Assembly: GCA_052426225.1 (NCBI GenBank) | Contig: JBNJNM010000014.1 | Location: 1 to 64,000 of the forward strand | Origin: Zancudomyces culisetae HAW-14-8 | Lineage: Eukaryota; Fungi; Kickxellomycota | DNA: 64,000 bases | Direction: 5' to 3' | Shown: piece by piece, positions 25,401 through 35,387 of the stretch | How positions within the stretch are numbered: the stretch's first letter is position 1 | How the letters are laid out: the number at the start of each line of letters is the position of its first letter | The notes under the pieces: model-generated | Database searches by the model: none | Seen by the model: the letters and a program-made list of their open reading frames with translations, nothing else | Told to the model about the DNA's origin: nothing | Made by a program: the position numbers and the translations under genes

Positions 25401-26224
25401 TTGCGTATACCTCTGAACACTCTGCTGAGGCGCCGGAGGCTGGCTTGACTGACCCGGGCTATGCTGAAACGTGGTAACGGGCTGCATTCTGGGTCCCAAC
25501 CGTCTGGATACGTTGGCTCTGGTGTTCTGCTTGGCTTGTGATACTGATTTTCTGAGCTGGTCTCGTGCTGATATATGCTCGATGATCTTCGCTGGTTCAA
25601 TAATGAGGTTCTGGTCCTCCTCCCTAAACTTAGGGGTGCTTCCCTGAATTCCCATTGATCTGAACATGTAATCAATTCTCTGTTGGGTGATGGTAGATGC
25701 CACATCACTGACCAAATCTCTGATATTGTTGGCAAAATCAACGGCGTCCTTCCTGCTAACAGCTCCATCGCCTTGAATGCACTGGTGGATGAAATAGTCA
25801 ATCGGTCTAGTAATGCCTGACAGCTTATACTGAAGGTCGTATAATACTGCATCTTGGCGCCTAGCCGATTGACTCTGTCCCATATCTGGAAGGCTTGGCG
25901 GTGTATATTCCATGCCCTCGTTGCGTGGACACGAGGCATAAAAGGTTCGCCTATCCGTCTCAGATAGTTGACTTTTAAAAAAGTCTTTATCCATGCTTGT
26001 AATAGCATGTCTGAGTTCAGGGTAGAGCTTAAGATCGTATGTGGCTGGTCTTTCGACCACATACTGAACCTCGGGGACCATCTCAGCGTCTTCTGAGGCT
26101 GGAACCGGTGCCATAGCGATATCCGGGCCTCTTTCGACGCTGGATAATCTGGTTTCCAATAATTTAATCTGCTCAGTAAGCTGCAATGCCCATTGTGGTG
26201 GCATATCTGTATGGTTTCCTTCAT
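22472..26224 (-). CDS. DIRS tyrosine recombinase ORF (YR domain in the last ~320 aa; 1250-aa frame overlapping gag and pol)
   Basis: Motifs GFMRPSDI, EPKEKR, PKARALGST, HGFWSS, FDSFYR. Confidence 0.9.
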   Translation of the reverse strand: MKETIQICHHNGHCSLLSRLNYWKPDYPASKEARISLWHRFQPQKTLRWSPRFSMWSKDQPHTILSSTLNSDMLLQAWIKTFLKVNYLRRIGEPFMPRVHATRAWNIHRQAFQIWDRVNRLGAKMQYYTTFSISCQALLDRLTISSTSAFKAMELLAGRTPLILPTISEIWSVMWHLPSPNRELITCSDQWEFREAPLSLGRRTRTSLLNQRRSSSIYQHETSSENQYHKPSRTPEPTYPDGWDPECSPLPRFSIARVSQASLRRLSRVFRGIRNPSALKLSTLVPLALLDPSTGQRRDSRRKACPVPGSLAKTHRRQMGTVRDSRGVQNPLPYPTTDHVAAAVETTSGEQSSQRDLRGRDHKPLGQEGHRGSGQKRPERLLLKPLPRPKEIRRVETGFEPKTPQPIRPSPVLQDGNTAANLQDHQEKGLDGKYRLKRCLPPRIIEQGIKKIRKVYLGKEAVPVPSPSLRSLFKSLDLHEGPEARAQMGEAERNQIDSLSRRFAGLGRLKRPVCPKRQPPPQKTGKGRLLDQGVKVIPSPKPSYRSLGDDYQQPRDVTEGPQGQEAGSQTGSREADQSRVSFPQKPGIIHWEGPVAFDCAAPGSSQAQAPSGGQDQGPQGTWRLECDSFSTSSSHREPEMVGYTAQTVEREVIYTRSSLQGDIYRRQRQGMGQSDRHQNIQWDMGQVLEPAADQCQGATGSSDGSQASRSHRQEHSALLRQQCDDRIRQESRWDSLLETFGGSRRFMELLFDVGDTPTDRLHPFSDQSSRCAIQTDSASGMGDISQDVQQDRSDVRSPRHRSICLSDQQEGSLVHDLVQGPVGGSLQCSPLPLEPMEEPLHLSSMELDTPGHPKGQEGETLRDLGDPILEVEPLVPGSQGPVDLQSTSDPCPGSSSRPLKRKTPHEQEQELEASRLEVKRSRYVEAGLNDHALTLITSNHKSIHLDRRYSLAQRKFLAYISELSITMDKVSASDVINYLSDGRYNLKWSYNTIKYNSAAITNLLPDRRIINDSWLYKEFIQSINTLKTINLSSNHYDITPIAKTLRDWGPNTQLSIHRLTQKLCFLLGICGFMRPSDIERIDQSMTTVTERFIRLTVVEPKEKRMGLSITKTVTIHKHSLAYLCPVLTYIEYVNRLGPDAFTSASPHPRNNNTNIVYLIRAINNKNNKIGAQRIGKHINFFIDLIKLPKGIKRPKARALGSTIATDAGANIDDIVAHGFWSSRLVFDSFYRLSRESRTNLTESIFRNNSE
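23425..25371 (-). CDS. DIRS pol: reverse transcriptase, RNase H and DNA N6-adenine-methyltransferase-like domain
   Basis: VGGRL..W N-terminus, IDLRDAFLH, LPFGL, YLDD, FTDAS, INVKEL, YCDN, DLFAS, ICPPW; the frame opens at 25371 and has no ATG before the RT core. Confidence 0.95.
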   Translation of the reverse strand, partial: CPSPFWIQAQGSEETVGGRLAQYQAAWQRLTDDRWVQSVIAEGFRIPFHTQPPTTSQPRSRPPPASRAARETLEAEIISLLAKRAIEEVGRSDQKGFYSSLFLVPKKSGELRPVLNLKPLNQYVPPRSFKMETLQQTCRIIKRKDWMASIDLRDAFLHVLLNKASRKYVRFTWGRKLYQFRVLPFGLSLSPWTFTKVLKPVLRWARQRGIRLTAYLDDLLVLGDSKDRCAQNVSLLLKKLAKVGFLIKESKSSLVPSQVIDHLGMTINSREMSLKVPKDKKRDLRREAEKLINRGSASLRNLASFIGRAQSLSIALLPGRLRLRRLQEAKIRGLKEHGDWNATVFLPPPAIENLKWWATQLKQWNGRSFIPEVPSKEIFTDASDKGWGRVTDIRTYSGTWDKFWSQQPINVKELQVVQMALRLPEVIGRSILLYCDNNATIAYVKNQGGTRSSKLLEVAEGLWNFCLTSGTRPQIDYIPSAINPADAPSRLTAQVEWEISPRMFSKIDRMFGPHDIDLFASATNKKVPLYMTWYRDPLAVASNALRYHWNPWRNPYICPPWNLIPQVIQKVRREKLSVTLVTPYWKSSLWFPDLRALSTSSPLLIPAREVLADPSSGKRLMNKNKSWRLAAWRLSGHGMSKRDSTIMP

Positions 26225-26234
26225 TGTTAGACAT
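25323..26234 (-). CDS. DIRS ORF1 (Gag-like)
   Basis: 303-aa first ORF of the element; coiled-coil-like N-terminus and basic Q/P-rich C-terminus. Confidence 0.85.
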   Translation of the reverse strand: MSNNEGNHTDMPPQWALQLTEQIKLLETRLSSVERGPDIAMAPVPASEDAEMVPEVQYVVERPATYDLKLYPELRHAITSMDKDFFKSQLSETDRRTFYASCPRNEGMEYTPPSLPDMGQSQSARRQDAVLYDLQYKLSGITRPIDYFIHQCIQGDGAVSRKDAVDFANNIRDLVSDVASTITQQRIDYMFRSMGIQGSTPKFREEDQNLIIEPAKIIEHISARDQLRKSVSQAKQNTRANVSRRLGPRMQPVTTFQHSPGQSSQPPAPQQSVQRYTQSQRPQTLNSSAPRPFGSKHRAAKRQ

Positions 26235-26517
26235 ACTATGTAGTTCTACTGCCTGTATATTGCTTGGATTTTTTGTAAAAAATACTTTTTTTAAGACCTA
26301 TATAGAAATGATCAGCAAATTTTTCTGAACAGAATGGTATAGTTTTTATTTTTGACTTAATTTTTTTTTTTTTTTTTTTGTTTATTTGTTTATTTTTTGG
26401 TTTGATCAATTTCAATGATATATCGTCTAAGAAATCGATTTTTAATAGAGTAATTACTTGTAATTGACTTCAAATTTTTTTAATTTTTTGTTTGGTTGAG
26501 TACCTGCGAAAAAAAAG

Positions 26518-26711
26518 ATGGTGAAGAATTTCAAAACAAGTACGATAGTCAGATTGATAAGTATTTGTGAAAAATTTTCATGCAAAAAATTTTTTCAAAA
26601 TTTTACTCATTTTATTAGCATAAAATTAGCGAATCAAATTCTATTCTAGAATTTGGTGAGTATTTTCGAAATGAAATAAAGATGGCATACACACATCAAG
26701 CGTATTTTTCC
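26518..26711. repeat. DIRS 5' inverted terminal repeat (194 bp)
   Basis: Exact reverse complement of 21919-22112. Confidence 0.97.
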
Positions 26712-27157
26712 GATTGAAGTACAATTATAGAAATGTTCAACTTGTGTTTTTGATTTTGTTGTTGCAGGACAGGGTTAGTTTAAATTTGCCCTTAATATTT
26801 TGGTTATATCTCAAATTTATACTGTGAAATAATCGGACTGTTATACTTTACTTTTAATTAAAAGTGTTCATATAAACTCATTTTTACCGACTAGTACAAC
26901 TCAATGAAGGTTGGCGGTTAAACTGAAAATGAGTTTAAACCAAGTATAACTAATGTTCTTTAAATTCTTTTGATTTTTCATCATCTTTTGGTCTTGGTAT
27001 GAGCAGGAAATGAACGGGGTATCATTCTATTCAGCTAAACATATTATCGGTGAGTTAAGCCATACTCTCCATCGGATTCATATTCTTTGTTACACTCGAT
27101 CCAAATAAAATTGTAATAGAAACCCAATTTTTAATAGAAACTCGGTATTCTACACAA

Positions 27158-29740
27158 CTATGACCTCTTTGTTTTTTTAAACTTCCTCGCATTATATTCA
27201 CAAAGCTCACTCAAATCGGTATAACCTAGTTTATTAGCAATATTCATGATCGACACAATGTGCGAACTTGCATCACTACCATGATTAATCAGCAGCTTGA
27301 TCATTTCTATGTTTTTATGATTGCATGCTTCTTTTAGCCCGTAATCTCTTTTTAGTAGCAAATTTGGATTCTTTTCAAGTAGAAGCTTTAACATTTCCAA
27401 ATTATTGTTTCTACAAGCCTGAATCGCCCCACTCTTTTGTCCTTTTTTTACCTCTGCTCCCTTTTCAAACAACAGTTTTAGAATATCCACATTGTTTTTT
27501 CTACAGGCGAGGTAGACTAAATCAAATCTGTTACCTTTAAGAGTATGAATATCTTTCAGAATCACCCTAGTCGCTTCGGTCTTATTTTTCATTAAAGCGG
27601 TTTGGATTAACAACGAAGTGTCGTAAAGCGCAGAGCAGTTTAACAATAGCTGTAGTGCTTCAATATCGTCTAAATTAAAACAATCTAATAAAAGTTGTGA
27701 ATATCTCTGTATTTTTGCACCATGTTGCAATAGTAATCTGACAACATTATCATTCTTTGTTTGAAGTGCTATTTCTATGATATTAAGGTTGTCTTTGACA
27801 CTGAATCCGTGCTCTAAAAGCAGGCTTACCACCTCAGTATTTCCCAATTGGACGGCAAATTCTATTATTTCTGAATCACCACTGCTATCGATCTTGTAGG
27901 CTAGCAATACTTTCAGTATTTCAATATTGGCTGTTGCAACTGCCGCCTTTATCCCATAGTACAAATCGCTGTTCAAAATAGGCTCACCCCTTTCAAGCAA
28001 GGTTTTTGTAACCTCGTATTCTTCGATATACGCAGTGTTTTCATTACTCACAAATAAATCGAGTTGTAGCTCTTCTCCACCCTTCGTATTTATGTTTTCC
28101 CTTTTTTCCAATACTCCCAAACCATCATAATACTCTAGAATCACCTTTACTAGTCGAACATTTCTACTAATACACGCATATTCTAATTGATACCTATAAA
28201 TATCCCCCACCACAGCAATATTATGAAAGAGATATTCAAGTGTCGTTTTGAGACCCAGTCTACATGCAATCCTGGTTCCATTCCGTTCTGGGTTACTCAA
28301 ATTATCTCCATTTTCTACCAATATTTTCAGTATTTCAAAAGTAGATCTATCAATTCCGATTTTCCTAGCTCGTAATATCTATCATCCAGTACCTTTTTTT
28401 TTGTTTTTGAAATTCGTATTAACGATTTCATCATACCAATGTCCTCCAATGAAATTTTACTGCATTCTCTAAACAGGTAACACTCACTGCGTTTAGATTT
28501 TTTTGGTAATTTTCTATTGCAGTTTGTGGTCATCTTCGCTTATATCCATTATCAATGTGTGTTTATCTAATTTTCCTCCCAGTCTATCACTGTTATTTAA
28601 AACAAATCTTTTAAAATCAGCATTATCTACATTATACGCCATTTCTATTACTCTTTCGGTATTTTCCGGATTTAGCTCCACTTTGAAAAAATATTCTTTC
28701 ACCAAACCCTCGTTTTCATGATAAGTAGCCACATCGAACAATATCTGTAAGTGTTTGCTACTATAGTAGTTCTTTTCTAAAAAGCTCATCAACTCTTTTC
28801 TATCCAACACACATGCGTAGTATGCACATACTGTATAGTTAAACAAATCCGTCCTCTCTGTATATTCATAATTGCAGATAAATTCAGACAATCCATCATC
28901 TAATGTCACACCACTAGGATCCACAATAAATTCTATCTCTTCAAAGGGAAAATCAATATTGATTTGTAGATCTAAAATTTGCTTTAAAAATTCGAGGCTG
29001 TTCAAACTACCACATTCACGTGCAGCTACCAACATACAGCATATCATAAATCTGGTATCTATACACCTAATATCTCTTCCGACAGAACCACTTATTTCAG
29101 AAGGAAATTCAAATTTGGTATTGCACATATCTAATAGCATTTGAACTTCGCTTTCTCTAGTGATAGGAAACATTTCATAGAATAAAAGCGATGAGGCATC
29201 GATTTTAGTTATTATGGGTGTGATATAGAGAGAGTCAGAAATTTTGATATCTGATTCCTCTCTTTGTGATCCACTCTCTTCTGAAAAAAACTTTGCAATA
29301 TCTATATCTAGGTATTCACCCTCGTTTATGAATAAAGTACTCTTTTGCACTATCGTTGAAGTATTTCTATCGATTAATAAATACATCTTGAGCAATTTGT
29401 TTAGTATGTTTCTCCATCTATACTTGAATGCCAATTCTAGAGCCGTTTCGTAGTCCAGGTTTTTGATTTTTCTCAGAACCAATGCCCCAACCGTTTCATT
29501 CATGTTTATTCTCGTGTATTTCTCGAATATTGTTTTTAAATTATAGTCAGGATCATTCTCTGTGTTAGATAAAGCATATTGATGAATATAGTTGCTAACA
29601 GTGTTATCTTGCTGTGAGATATAGTGCATATTTTTGTTCAAGAGTGATAGCTGAAGGTTCTGAGCAAGAACAAATATTGTTGACAGAATATTTGCTGGGA
29701 GTTTGTTGAAAAGGCTGTTGTCGTTGTTAGTAGCATTCAT
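27158..29740 (-). pseudogene. Decayed F-box-like/ankyrin-repeat gene, tandem paralog of 30799-34260
   Basis: Three ORF pieces (28514-29740, 28327-28533, 27158-28321), each collinear with the intact copy and separated by frameshifts and two large deletions. Confidence 0.8.
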
Positions 29741-30798
29741 TGTGTCCTAAGTTGTATTACGCACACCCCTTGCCTTCTATCTTAATTTTTCTTTTATTCA
29801 AGTAAAAAAATAAAGTTGATATGTCCCGAATACCAGAATAACTTAGTTTTATACTATTTTTTCTGGATTTTTATTATCTATCTATCTATCCAACCAAACT
29901 TTAATCTTTGATTAAGTGGTCATTTGCTGCGTAATTTGAGAAAAATCAACAATAATTTATTTGATGATTGGATAATGAGCAAAATAAAAATATCAAGCCA
30001 GAAAGCTGGAAGGTTCCCAGCCCAATAGCTTAGGATTTATCCTGTGTTTCTATCGAGTTGGGTAAAAATTAAAAAAGAATCAGTTTCTTAATAATTCAGT
30101 TTCGTTATTGAATAAAAGCGAATAGAAAAGAAAAGAAAAATAAAAAACAAGCTTTTCAGAAAAACACAATGTAATCACTATAGTAAATCAGAGTAACATA
30201 TATTTCTCAGAGTCTTCGTTGTCTTCACAACTCGATATGGTGTGGATTTGGATTTACATTATGTTTAGTCTCTAATGTTTATTGTGTTTTTTTATATCTG
30301 ATTAACAGGGTGAGGAGGTCTAGATGTATGAAAATTTAAGGTTATTCTACTTTTAAATCAAAACATATAACCCCACTGCTTCATAAGTTTTATTCCTTAA
30401 TTAATTCAATTTTATATTTTGTTCATTGTTCAAAAAGTTGGCAACAGCTTTGATATTCATTCGATATTACCGAAATTCCTCTCTATTCCTCTAGGAACTC
30501 GTTATCCGCTGGTAGTTGATTCAAGGTATTTACCTTGCCTTGACAGTATCATTTCCAAGAAATTTGCTGTTTACAGTGAAACCAAGTTTGGTACTTTGAC
30601 TTTTCTGTTCTTATACTACTTTTTTCTGGAATGTTAAATATCAGAAACATTTTCCTGATTGCCAACAATTATTTCTTGCTGCTAAAAACCATTATTTTCT
30701 GATTAAAAAAGTGTATTTACTATAATCACTTTACACTAGAAATAAGCATCAAAAATATGCTTGCTCAAACAATCTATATATACTCACTTTGTAAAATC

Positions 30799-33700
30799 TT
30801 AGTTTCTACTGTCCATCTTCTGACAAATATTTATCAGCTCGTGATCATTCATCTCGTTTGCAACCTCCACAATCGATTCAATATATAAACTTGTGTCAGC
30901 ACCATGTTTTATCAGTAGTTTAATCATTTCTACGCTTTTATGCTTGATAGACGCCTTTAACCCAAGATTCCTGTTTAGGACCAAATTTGGTACTTTTTCA
31001 AATAATAGTTTTAACATTTCCAAATTATTATTCTCACAAGCCTCGTTTACCCCACTTTTATGTCCTATTTCTATTTTCGCACCCTTTTCAAATAACAGTT
31101 TTAGAATATCCATTGTATTATTTTTACAGGCGTAGTATACATAATACGATCCTTCTATTCCAAATGGGCATGTATCCTTCAAAAGCAACTTAACTGCTTC
31201 TAGATTATTTTTCTCGATAGCAAATTTGAGTAAGTTGGAATCACCAATAATTTCAGGACAATTATTCAACAATAACTGCAATGTTTCAATGTCGTCTAGC
31301 ATCGGATTTTGTCTAAGGCTATCCGAATATTTATTAACTTTTGCACCATGTCGTAATAATAATTTGACCATCCCAGTATTTTCTGCTTTGAATGCTATTT
31401 CTAGAAGTTCAGTATTGCTCTTAACACTTAGTCCATTTTTCAATAGCACATTCAACACCTCAATATTTTTCAATTGCAAGGCTAATTCAGATAATTTAAA
31501 ATCATCGTCGAGATCAATCTTATAGTTTAGCAGTAACCTCAATATTTCGGTGTTGGCTAATATAGCAGCTGCCCTTATCCCATCCAAAAAATCACTATTC
31601 TGGATAGGTTTGCCTTTTTCAATTAAGATTTTAGTAATCCTGTATTCTTCAGAACGATCAGGGTTCACATTATCCAAAAATGAATCATGTTGAAATTCTT
31701 CTCCTTCCTTAGAATCTGTTTTATCCTTTTTTTCTAATACTCCCAAACCATCATAATACTTTAGAATCATTTTTACCAACCCAACATCCTCAATAATACA
31801 TGCATACTCTAATTGATGATGGCAAACACCTTTTATTTCTGCATTATTTTCCAAAAGATATTTCAGAGTTTTTTTGAGACCCAATCTACACGCAATTCTG
31901 ACGCCATTTTGTTCTGAATCACTTAAATCTACTCCATTTTCTACCAATAATTTAACCATATCAAAGTTATCCAATAAACACGCCATGTTAATACAAGAAT
32001 ATTCTGGATTCTTAGGTATCACACCACCATTCTTTATCCAATGTTTCAACACCTCAACTTTATTTGATCTACAAGCCTCTTCAAATCCGTCCGATTCTCC
32101 TTCTAACTTTGCACCTTTACTAACAAAGTAATCGATCCAGTCAATATCACCTGCTTTGTATGCTGTTTTCAAGATCAAACTATCAGCCAAGTTTATATCC
32201 ATTCCATACTCTATTAATAGTCTCAACATTTTAAAATTTCGGTTGACCAGTTCTGATTTTACTAGCTCATAATGCCTATCATTCAACACCTCTACATCGC
32301 TATCGTATTCTGACTCGTTAGTTTCACTGTATTCAGCATCGCTGAGTGTGCATTTTAGACTATCTTCATGAATATATTCAACAATTTTACCCAACTCATC
32401 ATGAGATTTACTTATAAGTTGAATGACATATCCAAAATCTGAGGGAGGTCTGAGATATAATGCACATGAATTGGTATAATCTCTTTTTTTCGAGTTCTTA
32501 ATTAACATAATTCTTTCGTACAAATCCAGATCTTCACGAAACACGTCAAACTCAATATGATCACCATAGTAAACAAAATCAGCATCATTCTCATAATTAT
32601 GTTCATAGGAATTATACGATTCAGTTTGATAGTAAGATTGGATTGCTTCAATAAGACATAGCACCGTTTTATTAAAAGTTATCCTTGTTCCAACCTTGGG
32701 TTTTCTTCCTGAAGTTTTGAATTTAACCCAACCTCTATCAAAGGACTCAATTAGGCGTTTAGCTATTTCATAATTATTAATACTACACAACATTTCAATA
32801 GCCTCATTTGCGTTTGAACTAACAAGAGCTCCATTTTCCAACAACAGTTGTAACATATTCATATCTTTATCTTCGCATGCAATTAGAATTCCCTCGAATT
32901 CTGGTGATTTTAAATCCGCCCTAGATTCGACAAGTAGTTTGGTAATTCTGATATCACCACTTCCCACTGCTCCCGCTAGGCAAGAAACACACACTGTGTT
33001 TGGATATTTGCTGATAATATCTTGTGCCAACTCGTACTCTTTCTTTTTTATAGCAGTTTTCAATGCATTTTCATCCAACCCCCCCTTCAGCTTATCACAG
33101 TTGTTTAAAAGAAATCTTATGAGATTGACATTATCATTTCTGTACGCCATTTCTGTTATTTTGCTGATATTTTCAGAGTTTGGTTCCGTTTTGAAAAAAA
33201 ATTCTTTTATCAACTCCTCCTTTCTATGATATACTGCCGCATCAAACAATATTTGTTGATGTATGACATCGGGATAGTTATTCTCAAGAAATTTAACCAT
33301 TTCTCTTCTTTCTTTTTCAATTGCATAGTATGAACATATCAAATACACCAATAACTCTATTTTAGTTTCATATCCATACTTCTCAATAAAATAAGTTGGT
33401 ATCATTGATGATATCATATCATAATCCATTTTGTGTGATTTCAACTTTTTAGATGAAAAGTTTGTGTTGATCTTTAAATCTAAAATCCGTTTCAGCAGAT
33501 CAAGACTGTTCAGTTTGCAGATTGTATATACACAATTCAGAACAATACAGGTGATATCTTTGCTATCAATAAATTTAACTTCCACCACATTGGACCCTGC
33601 TAATTCTGTAGGAATCTTAATTTTACTATCCCAACTATGTATTAACGCTTCAACATCATCTTTCTCAAATTTTGTATTTATTTCGATTATTAGTTGTGGC

Positions 33701-34260
33701 AGACTCGGCTGTGTGATTATTATTGGTCTGATATAAAGATGATCGGATATCTTGATGTCTATAGCCTCTCTATGTGATTCGTCCTCTTCTGAAAATAAAC
33801 TTCTTATATTAATATCTAGGTACTCGTTCTCGTTCTCGTTCTCGTTCACAGATAAAGTTCCGTTGTACAAAATAGTTGAAGTATTCCTATCAATGACTAC
33901 ATACATTCTGAGCAATTTATTTAGTATGTTTCTCCATTCATAATAAAATGCCAACCTTAGAACAAATTCGTACTCCACATTCTTGATTTTTCTAAAAACC
34001 AGTATTACAATGGCTTCATTCATATTTATTTTGGTGTATTTCTCGAACATATCCGATAAATTGCGAGTGAAACTATTTTCCGTGTTAGATAAAGCATATT
34101 GAAGAATGTAATCGCTAACGGTTTCTACTTTTTGAGAGGCTTTGTACATATTTTTGTTCAAGAGTGATAGTTGAGGGTTCTGGGCAAGCACAAATATGGT
34201 TGACAGGGTGCTTGCTGGGAGTCTGTTGAAAAGATTGTTGCTGTTGTTTTCGGAGTTCAT
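30799..34260 (-). CDS. N-terminal F-box-like motif plus long ankyrin-repeat protein (about 1,150 aa, intronless)
   Basis: LFNRLPASTLSTIFVLAQNPQLSLLNK at the N-terminus; many AC..NN.EMLKLL.E.GA ankyrin repeats; ATG at 34260. Confidence 0.9.
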   Translation of the reverse strand: MNSENNSNNLFNRLPASTLSTIFVLAQNPQLSLLNKNMYKASQKVETVSDYILQYALSNTENSFTRNLSDMFEKYTKINMNEAIVILVFRKIKNVEYEFVLRLAFYYEWRNILNKLLRMYVVIDRNTSTILYNGTLSVNENENENEYLDINIRSLFSEEDESHREAIDIKISDHLYIRPIIITQPSLPQLIIEINTKFEKDDVEALIHSWDSKIKIPTELAGSNVVEVKFIDSKDITCIVLNCVYTICKLNSLDLLKRILDLKINTNFSSKKLKSHKMDYDMISSMIPTYFIEKYGYETKIELLVYLICSYYAIEKERREMVKFLENNYPDVIHQQILFDAAVYHRKEELIKEFFFKTEPNSENISKITEMAYRNDNVNLIRFLLNNCDKLKGGLDENALKTAIKKKEYELAQDIISKYPNTVCVSCLAGAVGSGDIRITKLLVESRADLKSPEFEGILIACEDKDMNMLQLLLENGALVSSNANEAIEMLCSINNYEIAKRLIESFDRGWVKFKTSGRKPKVGTRITFNKTVLCLIEAIQSYYQTESYNSYEHNYENDADFVYYGDHIEFDVFREDLDLYERIMLIKNSKKRDYTNSCALYLRPPSDFGYVIQLISKSHDELGKIVEYIHEDSLKCTLSDAEYSETNESEYDSDVEVLNDRHYELVKSELVNRNFKMLRLLIEYGMDINLADSLILKTAYKAGDIDWIDYFVSKGAKLEGESDGFEEACRSNKVEVLKHWIKNGGVIPKNPEYSCINMACLLDNFDMVKLLVENGVDLSDSEQNGVRIACRLGLKKTLKYLLENNAEIKGVCHHQLEYACIIEDVGLVKMILKYYDGLGVLEKKDKTDSKEGEEFQHDSFLDNVNPDRSEEYRITKILIEKGKPIQNSDFLDGIRAAAILANTEILRLLLNYKIDLDDDFKLSELALQLKNIEVLNVLLKNGLSVKSNTELLEIAFKAENTGMVKLLLRHGAKVNKYSDSLRQNPMLDDIETLQLLLNNCPEIIGDSNLLKFAIEKNNLEAVKLLLKDTCPFGIEGSYYVYYACKNNTMDILKLLFEKGAKIEIGHKSGVNEACENNNLEMLKLLFEKVPNLVLNRNLGLKASIKHKSVEMIKLLIKHGADTSLYIESIVEVANEMNDHELINICQKMDSRN

Positions 34261-34682
34261 TGTCTCGTAAGTTTTAATATTCTTATCCCTTTCCTTCAAG
34301 TTTAATTAGTTTGCTAGTGGATTAAAGATATGCGATCAAAATAAACAAAGCCAAATGGATAAATTATGTTGATTTTATACTATTATTTTCATTTTCATTT
34401 TCATTTTTTTTGATCTATTTATTTCTTTTTAGACATTGGTTTATATATTCGTTTGCTGCGTAATTTGGAAAAAAAATAAAGATTTTCAAATTATTGGATA
34501 CTGTTCAAAATTAAAATATCAAACCAAAAAGTTGGCTCAATTCCAATCCAACAATTCATGCATTTTTCTTGGGTTTCAAGTTTTAGTTTAATGGATCAAA
34601 AATTTAGCTAAAATCTAAAATTATATTTTTTATATATTTCAACTTTAAGCATAATTATATACACAAAAAAACTATCCGAACA

Positions 34683-35387
34683 ATGGTAAAACATCCCAGT
34701 GACTAAATAACTGTACCGATTTCATACACAATTTGTGGAAAGGGGCTAATTCTCGCGCCGTTCAACGAAACATCGGACACATCAATGCAACGATTGTTAA
34801 ATTGTCCTGAAACAATGAAGTATTCAATGTTCAATGCTAAGGCTCGAGAGGGTTGGTCACTAGAAGATGTTGCAGAAAGAAGAAAGAATAGAGAAAGACT
34901 AAATGCACTTGGTGAGGAGTTGTCTTTTGTAATTGCAGTTACTGTGAACAATTTAGGTAATCTTGCAAACAAATTCAACAAAGAAGAGATACTAAAAGCG
35001 GGAACAAACGGTATTGACGAGGATTTTGTAATAGTTGGGAATTGTGGTCTTAAAGAGATTGATCTAAAATCATCTAATGCTGAGGTTGGGATAGGTTTGG
35101 ATTATAGACTATGGAAAGGTGGATATGGGAGCGAAGCAATCTACTACTGTCTACAGACGAACTTTGACTTCTTAAAACTTCACAAAGTTGTATTTATAAC
35201 TACTGAAGATAACGTGCCGATGCGGAAATGGCTGGAGAAGGTTGCAAAAGTATCTATAGAAAATGTATTGTCAAAGGTGCTCGTTTCAGAAAACCATTAC
35301 GTAGATAGTTACGAATATGCCATTTATGAAACTCAATGGAATTCGTACTTGAAAAAAGAGCTTATAGAATGGTTGCACTTGGAGTAA
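34683..35387 (+). CDS. GNAT acetyltransferase, RimJ/RimL-like (5' end needs a short intron or carries a TAA)
   Basis: LILAPF..., VGNCGL, AEVGIGLDYRLWKGGYGSEA, LHKV..T.EDNVPM motifs. Confidence 0.75.

Larger units (their letters stand above)
21868..26727 (-). mobile_element. Full-length DIRS-1-like tyrosine-recombinase retrotransposon (4,860 bp)
   Basis: Gag, RT/RNaseH/MT and YR ORFs; inverted terminal repeats; internal complementary region; AATTA at both junctions (21868-21872, 26723-26727). Confidence 0.97.

Noticed and set aside
16260-34710. TAA reassignment or general read-through, suggested by in-frame TAAs at 17812, 34704 and near 16668
   Set aside because: Conserved genes in the window (eIF2-gamma, myotubularin, PDCD5, Def1) end in TAA at expected positions
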